From: an uncultured Gammaproteobacteria bacterium
GTDB taxonomy: Bacteria; Patescibacteriota; Microgenomatia; UBA8517
Direction of reading: 5' to 3'
Length of the DNA stretch: 64,000 bases
NCBI GenBank assembly: GCA_964568925.1
Contig: CAZMSJ010000003.1
Location: forward strand, 7,452 to 71,451
Shown: one piece after another, positions 17,853 to 27,961 of the stretch
Layout: each line of letters opens with the position of its first letter
How positions within the stretch are numbered: position 1 is the stretch's first letter
Program-made: the position numbers and the translations under genes
The notes under the pieces: generated by a model
Told to the model about the DNA's origin: nothing
The model's database searches: none
What the model saw: the letters and a program-made list of their open reading frames with translations, nothing else

Positions 17853-19007
17853 ATGCAAGATCTCTTTACTCGTTCAGTATCAAATGTTCTTCCAACGAAG
17901 GATGCATTAGTTAAGCTTTCAACTGAAAAAAAGTTGCGTGTGTACTTAGGAATTGACCCAACAGCAACAAGAATTCATTTAGGGCACGCTGTTGCACTTC
18001 GAAAAATTGCACAGTTTGCAAAGGAAGGGCATCACGTTACTTTTTTAATCGGAGACTTTACCGCCCTTATTGGAGATACATCAGACAAGGAAAGTGAGCG
18101 ACCAATCTTAACTCAAGAAGAAATTAAAGAAAACTTTAAAACATACAAAGAACAAGCTGAGAAGATTCTTGATTTTTCTAAAATAACAGTTCGACACAAT
18201 AGTGAATGGCTTTCCAAGTTAACCTTTGCAGATATTGTGAAATTAACTCAACACTTTGCTGTTGGTGACTTTGTTGGACGAGAACTAATAAAAAAACGAC
18301 TTGAAACCGGTAAAAAGGTTGGACTTCATGAAACGCTCTACCCAGTTATGCAAGGATATGACAGTTATTTCCTTGAAACTGATGTGCAAGTTGGTGGAGC
18401 TGATCAAACATTTAACATGCTTGCAGGACGCACCCTAATTAAAGAGATTGATAAACGTGAGTCGTATGTCTTAACCGTTGGCTACCTTGAAGGAACTGAT
18501 GGCAGAAAAATGAGTAAAACATGGGGAAACGCAATTTGGCTCACGGACACTCCAGACGATATGTATGGCAAAGTAATGAGTTTGAAAGATGAATTGATGC
18601 CAAGTTACTTTGAACATGCAACAAATATGGATAGCCAAACCCTTCTTCAAATGAAAAAGAGAATTGAGGATGGGGAACACCCAATGGAGTTAAAACACAT
18701 TTTGGCAAAACAAATTGTCACAGAACTCCACTCACGGGAACTTGCTGAGGAAGCACAGGAGAATTGGCAGAAAACATTTCAAGAGAAAAAACCTGAATTT
18801 ACTGAAGTGATGAAAGTAACCAGTGGGGAAACCCTTGCAAATCTTGTTGGTCAACGAGTCGGAAGTGTTTCACAAGCAAAACGACTGCTTGCTGACAATG
18901 CGATACATGTAAATGGTGAAACAGTGACAGATGGAAAGCAAAACGTTGCAGAAGGTGATAAAATTCAAATCGGTAAGAAAATATTTATAACTGTTACCCT
19001 TGTATGA
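17853..19007 (+). CDS. tyrS: Tyrosyl-tRNA synthetase
   Basis: HIGH-type motif (..TRIHLGHAV..), KMSKT, and a C-terminal S4-like domain (..AKRLLADNAIHVNGETV..). Confidence 0.9.
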   Translation: MQDLFTRSVSNVLPTKDALVKLSTEKKLRVYLGIDPTATRIHLGHAVALRKIAQFAKEGHHVTFLIGDFTALIGDTSDKESERPILTQEEIKENFKTYKEQAEKILDFSKITVRHNSEWLSKLTFADIVKLTQHFAVGDFVGRELIKKRLETGKKVGLHETLYPVMQGYDSYFLETDVQVGGADQTFNMLAGRTLIKEIDKRESYVLTVGYLEGTDGRKMSKTWGNAIWLTDTPDDMYGKVMSLKDELMPSYFEHATNMDSQTLLQMKKRIEDGEHPMELKHILAKQIVTELHSRELAEEAQENWQKTFQEKKPEFTEVMKVTSGETLANLVGQRVGSVSQAKRLLADNAIHVNGETVTDGKQNVAEGDKIQIGKKIFITVTLV

Positions 19008-19111
19008 AACAAAAGAAAAAACTTATTGTAAAAATTTTAGTAGTCCTTGCAGGAGTTGGACTCGTTTTAACTTCGTTCCTGCCATATTTGCCATACATTC
19101 TGTCTCGATAA
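19004..19111 (+). CDS. 35-aa single-TM micro-protein, translationally coupled to tyrS
   Basis: ATGA overlap with the tyrS stop. Translation is MKQKKKLIVKILVVLAGVGLVLTSFLPYLPYILSR. It is below the ORF-track length cutoff. Confidence 0.35.
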   Translation: MKQKKKLIVKILVVLAGVGLVLTSFLPYLPYILSR

Positions 19112-19127
19112 TAAACAGATACAACAC

Positions 19128-21128
19128 ATGACTCTGAACGATTCTGTTACCGCAGTTACCCATGTTGGTCCTGAGTATGCAAAAAAATTAGTAAAACTTG
19201 GTATCTACTCCGTTCGTGATTTACTTACCCACATTCCGTCTCGCTACACTGATTTGTCCCAAGAATCCTCAATCGCACACCTTACCGTCAATGAAACAGT
19301 AACGGTTAAAGGAACGATTGTTGTTATAAAGAATGTATTTACAAAAACAGGAAAGACATTTCAGGAGGCAACCTTGTCTGACGGTGACTACTCAGTAAAG
19401 ATCGTTTGGTTTAATCAACCATTTTTAGTCAGAAGCTTCCCAACAAACACTCTGGTGTCTCTCTCTGGCAAAGTGTCCCTCTGGAAAGGAAAGCCAGCTT
19501 TAATTGCACCATCATGGGAGAAAATTCAAGCAACAGGGGAGACAATTCATACCGGGAGAATTGTTCCGGTTTATGCTGAAACTGCCGGTATTACTTCAAA
19601 ATGGTTACGTGCAACGATTAAACGCGCAATGGATTCAGTGACAATCACGGACTATTCACTACAAACGGATTTACTTGATCTTAAAACGGCTTACCATGAC
19701 ATTCATTTTCCCGTTTCAATGGATGACGCAGTAAACGCCCGAAAACGATTGGCTTTTGATGAGCTCTTAGGGCATCAAATCGTTTCAAAACTAGAAAAAA
19801 TTAAATGGAGAAAGTTTCACAAGTCCCCGGTAATTCCATTAAACGAGAACACTCTTGAGAAATTTGTTTCCAGTTTGCCATTCACACTAACAAACAGTCA
19901 ACAAAGATCGATTGACGAAATACTTGCTGATTTGACGCAAAAAATACCAATGAACAGACTTCTTGAAGGAGATGTTGGAAGTGGAAAGACCGTCGTTGCC
20001 GCCGCCAGTGCCTTTATGGTCTATGCAGCAGGTTTTCAAACAATTGTTATGGCACCAACACAAATATTGGCAGAACAACATGCCAGTACCTTAAAAAGAA
20101 TTCTTGAACCATTTAGTGTTCGAGTTGCATTAATCACCGGGGGAGTGAAAGAAGATATTGTAGGCAGAGCCGATGTTGTTGTTGGAACACACGCGCTTCT
20201 GCATCACCCGGAACTCTATAAAGAAGTGGGGCTTGTCGTTATTGATGAACAACACCGGTTTGGTGTAAGGCAAAGAGCATTAATTACTGAGCTCTCTGAG
20301 AAAAGACGACTTACCCCTCACATTTTGACAATGACCGCGACCCCAATTCCAAGAACAATTGCATTAACCTTGTATGGAGAACTTTCCCTCTCAACTCTTG
20401 ATGAATTACCGTCTGGTCGTATTCCTATTAAAACATGGGTGATAACTGACCAAAAACGGGAGAGCGCTTATCAATGGATTGAAACAGAAATCGCCACACA
20501 TAAGTCACAAGTCTTTGTGGTATGTCCATTAATTGATGAAAGTGAGGTTGCCACTATGAAAGAAGTAAAGGCAGCCAAAGCTGAGTATGAAAAGCTTAAG
20601 GAACTGTTTCCCAACCGAAAAGTGGTACTTCTTCATGGAAAAATGAAGAAACAGGAAAAAAGCCAAATCTTAAGTGACTACAAAGATGGTTTGTATGACA
20701 TTTTAGTCACAACTCCAGTCGTTGAGGTTGGTATCGACATCCCGAACGCCAGTATTATGATGATTGAAGCTTCTGAGCGTTTTGGCTTGGCACAGCTTCA
20801 TCAGCTCCGTGGACGTGTCGGTCGAGGGACACTCGCCTCATATTGTCTCTTAATGACAACTGCCTCAGGCGCCAGTAAAGAGCGTTTACAGGCTATGACC
20901 AAGACATTGTCTGGGCGAGAATTGGCAGAGTTTGACTTGTCACTGCGTGGACCAGGAGAGATCTTTGGTACCAGACAATCAGGTATAACTGAGCTCAAAA
21001 TTGCCAGTTGGCAGGACACAGATCTCATCTCAAAAGCAAGCAGTACCGCACAACTGGTGGTCGAAAATCAGGAAAAACACGAAGATATCATTACCTTCTT
21101 TGCCTCACAACAAATTACGGCTAACTAG
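19128..21128 (+). CDS. recG: ATP-dependent DNA helicase RecG
   Basis: N-terminal OB wedge, Walker A GDVGSGKT, DEQHRFG, TATPIPRT, and motif VI QLRGRVGRG. Confidence 0.92.
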   Translation: MTLNDSVTAVTHVGPEYAKKLVKLGIYSVRDLLTHIPSRYTDLSQESSIAHLTVNETVTVKGTIVVIKNVFTKTGKTFQEATLSDGDYSVKIVWFNQPFLVRSFPTNTLVSLSGKVSLWKGKPALIAPSWEKIQATGETIHTGRIVPVYAETAGITSKWLRATIKRAMDSVTITDYSLQTDLLDLKTAYHDIHFPVSMDDAVNARKRLAFDELLGHQIVSKLEKIKWRKFHKSPVIPLNENTLEKFVSSLPFTLTNSQQRSIDEILADLTQKIPMNRLLEGDVGSGKTVVAAASAFMVYAAGFQTIVMAPTQILAEQHASTLKRILEPFSVRVALITGGVKEDIVGRADVVVGTHALLHHPELYKEVGLVVIDEQHRFGVRQRALITELSEKRRLTPHILTMTATPIPRTIALTLYGELSLSTLDELPSGRIPIKTWVITDQKRESAYQWIETEIATHKSQVFVVCPLIDESEVATMKEVKAAKAEYEKLKELFPNRKVVLLHGKMKKQEKSQILSDYKDGLYDILVTTPVVEVGIDIPNASIMMIEASERFGLAQLHQLRGRVGRGTLASYCLLMTTASGASKERLQAMTKTLSGRELAEFDLSLRGPGEIFGTRQSGITELKIASWQDTDLISKASSTAQLVVENQEKHEDIITFFASQQITAN

Positions 21129-21181
21129 GCTCACCTTGGTGGTAATTTACAAACAAGCAATTTCGAGATACAATTGCCTCT

Positions 21182-21334
21182 ATGGCACCAGTACCAAAGA
21201 AGAAACACAGTCACCAAAGAAGCGCACAGCGACGAGGAGCAATCAGTATGACTCTTCCAACTTTGTCTATCTGCAAAAACTGTGGCAAGAAAAAACTTCC
21301 ACACACAGCTTGTGCTGCATGTGGAGCAAAGTAA
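21182..21334 (+). CDS. rpmF: Ribosomal protein L32
   Basis: My own translation is MAPVPKKKHSHQRSAQRRGAISMTLPTLSICKNCGKKKLPHTACAACGAK, which has the L32 N-terminus and a CxxC...CxxC zinc ribbon. At 50 aa it is absent from the ORF track. The overlapping 21001..21357 track ORF is spurious. Confidence 0.85.
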   Translation: MAPVPKKKHSHQRSAQRRGAISMTLPTLSICKNCGKKKLPHTACAACGAK

Positions 21335-21360
21335 TTCTTCGTGTTTCGCTATACTAACTT

Positions 21361-21747
21361 ATGAAATCCCGTTCTGACCCACGGCATAGAAGGCGACAAA
21401 TGATTGTCCAGCAATTATTTGCCAATGAATTTCACTCTCAAGAGCGAGATCCTCAGGTTGATGCAATTTTTGATCAAAAAGTAAAAATTGATGGGATGAT
21501 TGCAAAATCAGCACCCGCATGGCCAATTGAGAAGATTAACAAAATAGATCTATCCATTTTGAGGCTAGCCACGTTTGAGATGATCGCCAATGAGATTCCA
21601 TCAAAAGTGGTCATTGACGAAGCAGTGGAGCTCGCGAAAGAATATGGAGGAGAAAGCTCACCTTCATTTATTAATGGAGTACTTGGAAGCATTGTAAAAT
21701 TACAAGAAACAGATCATGACGATTCAACAAATAAAAGCACAATTTAA
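21361..21747 (+). CDS. nusB: Transcription antitermination factor NusB
   Basis: [13 protein letters not shown]... and ..[26 protein letters not shown].. Confidence 0.85.
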   Translation: MKSRSDPRHRRRQMIVQQLFANEFHSQERDPQVDAIFDQKVKIDGMIAKSAPAWPIEKINKIDLSILRLATFEMIANEIPSKVVIDEAVELAKEYGGESSPSFINGVLGSIVKLQETDHDDSTNKSTI

Positions 21748-22390
21748 CGACGAGAAGCTCTTCCTTCTTGCCCTCACACACCGCTCCTGGATAAACGAAA
21801 ACCCTGGTATTCGTGAAAGTAATGAACGACTTGAGTTTTTGGGTGACGCCGTTCTAGAACTTGTGGTAAGTCACGCAATCTATCTCCAGTTTCCTGACCA
21901 AGAAGAAGGCTTTTTGACCTCAATTCGGGCAAACATCGTTAACACCATCAATTTGGCTAAAGTTGCTCGAGCCTTAAACTTAGGGGAAGACTTACTTTTG
22001 TCACGAGGAGAAGAGCAAGGTGGGGGAAGAGACAACCAGTCACTACTGGCTGATACTGTTGAGGCAATTATTGGGGCTGTCTACCTTGATCAGGGATTTG
22101 ACGCAGCAAAGGCCTTTATTGAGTCAAATATCCTCTTTGACATCCAATCTCACCTCGAGAAGCCTTTAAAAGACGCAAAAAGTCGCCTCCAGGAGTTTGT
22201 ACAGGCAAATGGCTCAAATGCACCAAAGTACCGAGTCGTAGATGAACATGGCCCAGACCACGCAAAAGAGTTTATAATCGAGGTCTCAGTGGACGGCAAT
22301 GCACTTGGTAAGGGAGAAGGAAAAAGCAAATCTGCAGCAGAACAAGACGCAGCAGAGCACGCTCTTGAAACTCTCACAAAAAAAGCGTAA
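21716..22390 (+). CDS. rnc: Ribonuclease III
   Basis: Signature [12 protein letters not shown] and a C-terminal dsRBD (..GPDHAKEF...[14 protein letters not shown]..). Confidence 0.93.
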   Translation: MTIQQIKAQFNDEKLFLLALTHRSWINENPGIRESNERLEFLGDAVLELVVSHAIYLQFPDQEEGFLTSIRANIVNTINLAKVARALNLGEDLLLSRGEEQGGGRDNQSLLADTVEAIIGAVYLDQGFDAAKAFIESNILFDIQSHLEKPLKDAKSRLQEFVQANGSNAPKYRVVDEHGPDHAKEFIIEVSVDGNALGKGEGKSKSAAEQDAAEHALETLTKKA

Positions 22391-22399
22391 AATACCCAA

Positions 22400-22618
22400 A
22401 TGGTTAAAATCAGACTCGCTAAACTCGGAAAAAGAAATGATCACTTCTACCGAATTGTCGCGATTGAATCACAAAACAAGAATCAAGGTGAAGCCCTCGA
22501 AATATTAGGGTTCTATCATCCGCGCGAAAAAAAGCAACAAATTGATAAAAAAGCACTTGCAGCTTGGGTAGCTAAAGGAGCTATCGTTTCTGATGCAGTT
22601 AAAGTGTTACTCGCATAA
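22400..22618 (+). CDS. rpsP: Ribosomal protein S16
   Basis: MVKIRLAKLGKRNDHFYRIVA... Confidence 0.9.
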   Translation: MVKIRLAKLGKRNDHFYRIVAIESQNKNQGEALEILGFYHPREKKQQIDKKALAAWVAKGAIVSDAVKVLLA

Positions 22619-22624
22619 CCACAT

Positions 22625-22855
22625 ATGAAAGATCTTTCTTTGTTCCTTATCTCAAACATCACCGGAAGTAACGATATTTCTGTTGCTGAAACACAAGAAG
22701 AAGGACGAACAATTATTGATGTTACAGCTGAGAAGTCAGTTGTAGGATTAATTATTGGAAAAGAAGGAAAGACAATTAAAAATCTCCGACGAATTCTCGC
22801 AATTCGAGCAGCTAAAGAAGACACAATGGTGTCAGTTAACGTTCACGAAGCATAA
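22625..22855 (+). CDS. KH-domain RNA-binding protein (YlqC/UPF0109 family)
   Basis: ..VVGLIIGKEGKTIKNLRRIL.. and its conserved position after rpsP. Confidence 0.8.
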   Translation: MKDLSLFLISNITGSNDISVAETQEEGRTIIDVTAEKSVVGLIIGKEGKTIKNLRRILAIRAAKEDTMVSVNVHEA

Positions 22856-22928
22856 CGCTTCACTCTTCACTTTTTCCCCATATACTTACTTTTTTTGAAG
22901 TTTTTTTGTGCTTAAAAGAAGACGACCA

Positions 22929-23612
22929 TTATTCAAATGGATTGGCACGTCCCGTACCACCACTTCCTGTTGCAACTGATTCTGTTGTAAACGGATATCG
23001 GTAAGAAGCAAGTTCAGAAGACAATTCTGTTTCCTGTGGTGACAAACTTACAATTGCTTCACTTAAAGCTGGGAGTTTCGTTGGAACAGCTGCCCATGGT
23101 GAACGTACTGTAACAATTGCACTTGAGCCAGTACTTCCTGATGAGGACACGAGACTTAGGGTATCAATAGACATGATAGGTGCAACCTTTCGTAACTCAT
23201 AAATAAATTTCATGATTCCATCTGAACTTCCATCTACATCAAAGTTTAAAGTGCTTTGAGCAAGACTTGGTCCACTTGCAGGCTGGGCAACTAAATCTAG
23301 GTTTTTAATAACAAGGCCAAGCTCAGTTGCAACTGTTCTGATTTGAGAAAGAAGGGTCAATGAATTATTTTCCGTTGGCAGAGCCAGTTGTGCTCTACTT
23401 GTGTTGTCAGATGTAACATTGTTCACACTCTCCAATACAGTTTTTCTCTCAGTTAACACAGTAATTTCATCAGCCAGTTTTGTCTTTGACTCTGAGAGTG
23501 TTGTAAATTGATTGAAAAAATAGGCACCCATCACGATTCCACTCACGATAAAACCGACAAATATAAATCCATACAAAAGGACTGGCTGATATGAGGTAAA
23601 AGAATTTTTCAT
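22929..23612 (-). CDS. PilO-like type IV pilus assembly protein
   Basis: N-terminal TM followed by a coiled coil. It is the last gene of the pil operon, with a 4-nt overlap with pilN. Confidence 0.45.
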   Translation of the reverse strand: MKNSFTSYQPVLLYGFIFVGFIVSGIVMGAYFFNQFTTLSESKTKLADEITVLTERKTVLESVNNVTSDNTSRAQLALPTENNSLTLLSQIRTVATELGLVIKNLDLVAQPASGPSLAQSTLNFDVDGSSDGIMKFIYELRKVAPIMSIDTLSLVSSSGSTGSSAIVTVRSPWAAVPTKLPALSEAIVSLSPQETELSSELASYRYPFTTESVATGSGGTGRANPFE

Positions 23613-24139
23613 TTATTAAAATCAATATAAACTTGATATCCACCTACTGGGTTATATGCAACGTTACTTAAGGCTAATTGGGAAACGAGTTTCTCTGAAA
23701 CTAAACGCTGAATAACTAAGGTTAACGGAGGAAGTGTTGCTGAACTTAAGCCAATTTTTGCTTCCCCTCCATCAATTCTTGCACCAATAATCGTAACTTC
23801 TTCAGGCAATACATCAATAACTTTCTTTTGATTCTCAAGCTGTGGGCGAGACACATCAGCATTTCTAAAATCAATAATTTTTGTTAATCGATCTTTTAGA
23901 AGTACAAGTCTCCGCTCTGAAGCTTCAAGCGTAAGAACTTCTGCCTTTACCTTGTCTCGTGTGACAACCATTTCATCTACAGCCTTTTTGGTTAAAACGA
24001 CATAGGCAAGCCCAGCCATTGAGGTAAGCAGAAGAATAGTACAAACAATAATCGAAGCCACTTTCAATTTAGACAAAAGAGCATTTACTTCTTTTCCGCG
24101 AGAAAGTTCAACTGGCAGGAGGTTGATGTTTTGGGCCAT
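23609..24139 (-). CDS. pilN: Type IV pilus assembly protein PilN
   Basis: N-terminal NINLLP motif, a single TM helix, and a position directly after pilM. Confidence 0.7.
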   Translation of the reverse strand: MAQNINLLPVELSRGKEVNALLSKLKVASIIVCTILLLTSMAGLAYVVLTKKAVDEMVVTRDKVKAEVLTLEASERRLVLLKDRLTKIIDFRNADVSRPQLENQKKVIDVLPEEVTIIGARIDGGEAKIGLSSATLPPLTLVIQRLVSEKLVSQLALSNVAYNPVGGYQVYIDFNK

Positions 24140-24142
24140 AGG

Positions 24143-25150
24143 TTAACGCATAGCAAGACCGACAGCGACTGAGTAGAGCGGTGCATAATTTGATAATGTT
24201 GCAGCAGCCTGTGGATCAATGATTACGTTCTGGAAAGGATTGGCGACAATTACCTCAAGCCCGAGTAGCTTAGCAAGTTCTCCAGAGACTCCAGGAAGCC
24301 CTGCACTTCCACCGGAGACAACGATTACGTTAGGAGATTCACCATGCATATCCATTTGGTAGAAATGAACTGACTTCTTCATTTCATCTACAACACCTTT
24401 CAAAATTGGACGCAAAGACATTGAAACTTTGTCTTCCAATTGATTCGGGGTAAAGCCATACGTCTTTTTGTACTCTTCAGCTTGCTGTGGAGTGATCCCT
24501 AAGCCTTGTGCAACGGCACGAGTGAAAGCCTCACCGGCAGTAGGAATTGATCGACTGAAAAACAATTGACCTTCTTTCGTAATTGCGATATCTGTTGATA
24601 GTGCACCAAAATCCAAAAGCATAACTGTTTTCCCAATTCCACCAAGACTTCGAGCAAGAGAGAGAAGTTCCGTTTCAACACCGACAACTCGGAGACCTGC
24701 ATTTGTGACTACACTCACATACTTTTCAACCATCGTCTTTATTGCTGCTACAACTAAGACTAATACTTGAGGAGGATTTCCAATTTCTCGTCGCTCTAAT
24801 ATTTGGTACTGTAAGACTGCTTCTTTTAAAGGAATTGGAATATATTCTTCTGACTCCCACTTAACAGCAGATGCAATTTCTTCATCAGTCAAAAGGGGAA
24901 GCTTAATCACACGAGAGAAGACTGAGGTTTCTGAAAGGGAGATGTTCACGTCTTTACTACTAATACGAGCTTCAGCACAGAGCTTTTTTATAGCTTCACT
25001 GGCATCAGCTAATCCTTTTTCATCATCAACACGAGTTAAATCAAAAGGAAATGGGGCAGCACCAGCTGCACGAAGAGAGAACTTGTCTCCTTCACGAGCA
25101 AGCTCAACTACTTTCACTGTTTTTGAACCGATATCAAGACCTACACTCAT
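24143..25150 (-). CDS. pilM: Type IV pilus assembly ATPase-fold protein PilM
   Basis: Actin-like fold motifs (GLDIGSKTVKVVEL, ..DFGALSTDI.., ..VVSGGSAGLPG..). Confidence 0.85.
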   Translation of the reverse strand: MSVGLDIGSKTVKVVELAREGDKFSLRAAGAAPFPFDLTRVDDEKGLADASEAIKKLCAEARISSKDVNISLSETSVFSRVIKLPLLTDEEIASAVKWESEEYIPIPLKEAVLQYQILERREIGNPPQVLVLVVAAIKTMVEKYVSVVTNAGLRVVGVETELLSLARSLGGIGKTVMLLDFGALSTDIAITKEGQLFFSRSIPTAGEAFTRAVAQGLGITPQQAEEYKKTYGFTPNQLEDKVSMSLRPILKGVVDEMKKSVHFYQMDMHGESPNVIVVSGGSAGLPGVSGELAKLLGLEVIVANPFQNVIIDPQAAATLSNYAPLYSVAVGLAMR

Positions 25151-25151
25151 A

Positions 25152-26069
25152 TTATTTAGAAATTGCGCCTACTGAGAACAAAGCAGAACAAAACATTGAT
25201 GGTACTTCAGGATAGAGATTAACGACTTCAACTTTGCGTGAAGCGTTTCCAGCAGTTCCGGTTGATTGAACAAGCTTACCCTGTGAAGGTAAATCACGAT
25301 TGCCTTGAGTAATTACACCAAAATATTCATTCGTTGAGTTATACCAAAAACGGACCTGCATAAATTTCATTCTACCAGATGTGTTGTATACGTTTGCCGC
25401 CATATTTGAGGACAACGCACTAAACGTAACGGTCGTTCTGTAGGCAAAACTACGACCATTAACCGTACAAGCTCCAGTGTTTCCGGTTGGTGCGGTGAAC
25501 TTGTTTGTTGTTCTTCGAGTTCCATTTGGATCAAATACGCGTCTCCCTATTTCCATTACATTTGCGGGGGTTTCATACACAACTGATACTTCAATTGCAG
25601 GTTGAGGTGAAGCGCCTGAGCTTCCCCAACAAATATCAATTGAACTTCCTTTAAAACAATTGTTACCAGGACAAGTATCATCAAGTCTATTTTGGTCATC
25701 ATGGTTCACAAACCAAATTGTTCCCGTTTCACCAGAAGGCAAACCAACTGGGTATACATACTCAGTACCAGTACTAATGTAGTTTGAGGTGTTTGTGTTG
25801 TATGCAGCGTTTCCTGATGACACATTTCCAGATGTTCCACCATTTGTTGGAGTTAAGAGAACCTTTTCAACCCCTGCTTCAGCAGCAGAGAATGCTCGAA
25901 GTGAATCTTCATCTTTTGTTGTAACAGAGACATCAGTAATTGTTCTTGAGGCCACAGACAAGACAATAGTAAGGACAGCTCCCATGGAAAGAAGAAGAAG
26001 AATTAATGCCTGGCCACGAACGCGATTTTTCATCACTTTCAGTGTATGGTTTGTCACACCATGGGTCAA
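25152..26069 (-). CDS. PilX-N-like pilus assembly/minor pilin protein
   Basis: ..MKNRVRGQALILLLLSMGAVLTIVL... then AAEAGVE. ATGA overlap with the upstream minor pilin gene. Confidence 0.55.
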   Translation of the reverse strand: MTHGVTNHTLKVMKNRVRGQALILLLLSMGAVLTIVLSVASRTITDVSVTTKDEDSLRAFSAAEAGVEKVLLTPTNGGTSGNVSSGNAAYNTNTSNYISTGTEYVYPVGLPSGETGTIWFVNHDDQNRLDDTCPGNNCFKGSSIDICWGSSGASPQPAIEVSVVYETPANVMEIGRRVFDPNGTRRTTNKFTAPTGNTGACTVNGRSFAYRTTVTFSALSSNMAANVYNTSGRMKFMQVRFWYNSTNEYFGVITQGNRDLPSQGKLVQSTGTAGNASRKVEVVNLYPEVPSMFCSALFSVGAISK

Positions 26070-26578
26070 TACGATCTCAAGAGAATAGACGATGAAATAG
26101 TCACAATTGACTGCGAGAGCGAGTCTGTAGACATACTTTTTCCTGCTAAATTGACGGTTACCTGTGGCGGCTTACTGGCACCTGATGGATAGCTACAAAC
26201 AAAAGAACAGGTAGTCAAGGTAATACTTGATGAGGTTAATCGAACAGTTGCTGAGTTAGATGCAAGGTATGTTCCAGATGCATCAGTTAAACACTGAAAC
26301 GAAGCTTGTCTTCCTTTCTCGTTCAAATAGGTAAGGGTTTGAACAGAAGATCCATTACAGGCAGAGACTATTGAACTTGCGTTTCTAACATGACGTTCAA
26401 GAACAGAGAGTGCATACTCCATATTCTCACGAACTTGCGTACCGGCATCACTGACACGGGACCCTTGAAGGGAAGAAACTGTCGTTTGTGTTGCAACAAT
26501 AGCCAAGAGCGTAAACATAACAATTGCAACTAAGACTTCGATAAGTGAAAAACCTTTTTCTTTCATGATTTTTTCCAA
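26066..26578 (-). CDS. Minor (pseudo)pilin with a prepilin-type N-terminal methylation motif
   Basis: ..KEKGFSLIEVLVAIVMFTLLAIV.. Confidence 0.8.
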   Translation of the reverse strand: MEKIMKEKGFSLIEVLVAIVMFTLLAIVATQTTVSSLQGSRVSDAGTQVRENMEYALSVLERHVRNASSIVSACNGSSVQTLTYLNEKGRQASFQCLTDASGTYLASNSATVRLTSSSITLTTCSFVCSYPSGASKPPQVTVNLAGKSMSTDSLSQSIVTISSSILLRSY

Positions 26579-27024
26579 TTGGTGAGTGTTGTCGATGCAC
26601 GGCTTTCATGCGTTCCTGAACCATCTACCCATGAAGTGACGACCGTTACTTCAATCGTATTTGCAGCAGAGGTTCTCAGTGTCAAATTACGTAAAAATGG
26701 AACGGTAGAGTTTGGAATAGAACTACCAGATCCACAGGCACCAGATGTTGCCCAGGATAGGGTTGAGACGCACCAATTGGTACCACCAGCACTTGATCGA
26801 CCTACAAATGAATTCCATCCCTTGTCACGCTCTCCACGCACCCATTCAAGAGCTTCTTGGCTATGCCGATTAGCAAGTGTTTTATTTCGAGAAAAAGCAG
26901 TTAAGGAAAGGTTTTTCGTTGAAAGTGATACAAGAGCAATCATAACTAAACTGACAATTAACACAGCAACAATCATTTCAAACAACGATTGTCCTTTGAT
27001 TCGTTGAAATCTATTTGTATTCAT
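26563..27024 (-). CDS. Minor pilin (PilV-like)
   Basis: ..RIKGQSLFEMIVAVLIVSLVMIAL.. Confidence 0.7.
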   Translation of the reverse strand: MNTNRFQRIKGQSLFEMIVAVLIVSLVMIALVSLSTKNLSLTAFSRNKTLANRHSQEALEWVRGERDKGWNSFVGRSSAGGTNWCVSTLSWATSGACGSGSSIPNSTVPFLRNLTLRTSAANTIEVTVVTSWVDGSGTHESRASTTLTNWKKS

Positions 27025-27030
27025 ACATAT

Positions 27031-27537
27031 TTACTTTATCTCACCAGAGGACGTTACGGTAACGACAAAAGATCTGGTTGCACCTGCGACACTCCGAGAC
27101 ACAGTAATTGTTGCGGGAGAAGCAGGAGAGATATCAGTACCGAGACCAAGAGGTTTGAAGGTAAAAAAGCTTGGTGTTGTACCACTTAATGTATAAGTCA
27201 CGTTTGTAGGAAGAGCTGTTGTTGTTCCTGTCAATTCAGTTCCGCTACAAATAGGTCTCATTTCAAAACTGGTGATGTTTCCACCTGAAGACAAAAATCT
27301 AAAACGATATCCATCAAATGAACCGGCACAACTTGCTGGTTTTTCACCGGACGTTGCTTTTGACTGTGCTAGACGCAAGCCAGAGTACAAAACACGAGTA
27401 GCAGAATCAACTGCCTGTCTTGATGCAAAATCTCCATAGCCTGCAACAGTTACCCCAATTAAGGCAGAGGAGATTGCAAGCGTAATTAAAATCTCGATAA
27501 GGGTAAAACCACTAGAGTTACGGGTTCGTGATCGCAT
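27031..27537 (-). CDS. Minor pilin (FimT/GspH-like)
   Basis: MRSRTRNSSGFTLIEILITLAISSALIG. The start is moved to ATG 27537; the longer track ORF runs into the upstream pilin gene. Confidence 0.75.
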   Translation of the reverse strand: MRSRTRNSSGFTLIEILITLAISSALIGVTVAGYGDFASRQAVDSATRVLYSGLRLAQSKATSGEKPASCAGSFDGYRFRFLSSGGNITSFEMRPICSGTELTGTTTALPTNVTYTLSGTTPSFFTFKPLGLGTDISPASPATITVSRSVAGATRSFVVTVTSSGEIK

Positions 27538-27961
27538 AGGTACAAGAAGCGCCACAGGATGAGGCTGCGGCTCCACCACAAGCAACGGCTGTTGAGTTTC
27601 GTTCAAGAGCAGCACACAAGGTGTAAGTCTGTGTTGTTTGTCGAGAATAACTGTAGTTGCGACCTGCAGTAGGGTCTGCCGGCATTGCCTTTATATACCG
27701 GTTAGATGTAGAGCACGCTGCACCTGCAGCTGCACTTGTTCCCGTAAGAGCTGAACCAACAGAGGGAAGGGAAGCTGGGTACTGACCACAATCAGACTTG
27801 TAGAGTTCAAGACCTGAACGAATTGTTTCTATATCACTTTTTCTTTTTCCATCACGTGCACTTTTTTGAGGACCAGTAAGCATCATTAAGACAAACGTTG
27901 CCATCACACCAATGATTGCGATAACAACAAGAAGTTCAATAAGTGTAAATCCTTTTTTCAT
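27518..27961 (-). CDS. Type IV pilin / GspG-like pseudopilin
   Basis: MKKGFTLIELLVVIAIIGVMA... then ARDGKRKSDIETIRSGLELY. Confidence 0.85.
   Translation of the reverse strand: MKKGFTLIELLVVIAIIGVMATFVLMMLTGPQKSARDGKRKSDIETIRSGLELYKSDCGQYPASLPSVGSALTGTSAAAGAACSTSNRYIKAMPADPTAGRNYSYSRQTTQTYTLCAALERNSTAVACGGAAASSCGASCTYAITNP

Noticed and set aside
21001-21357. 118-aa ORF bridging recG and nusB
   Set aside because: It overlaps the recG 3' end and masks the real 50-aa rpmF (21182-21334), which lies in another frame.
26579-27007. 142-aa plus-strand ORF inside the pilus operon. Similar antisense ORFs occur elsewhere (e.g. 63301-63921, 34461-34923, 5727-6050, 15376-15711).
   Set aside because: All are antisense to genes with clear family signatures. 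None has independent support.
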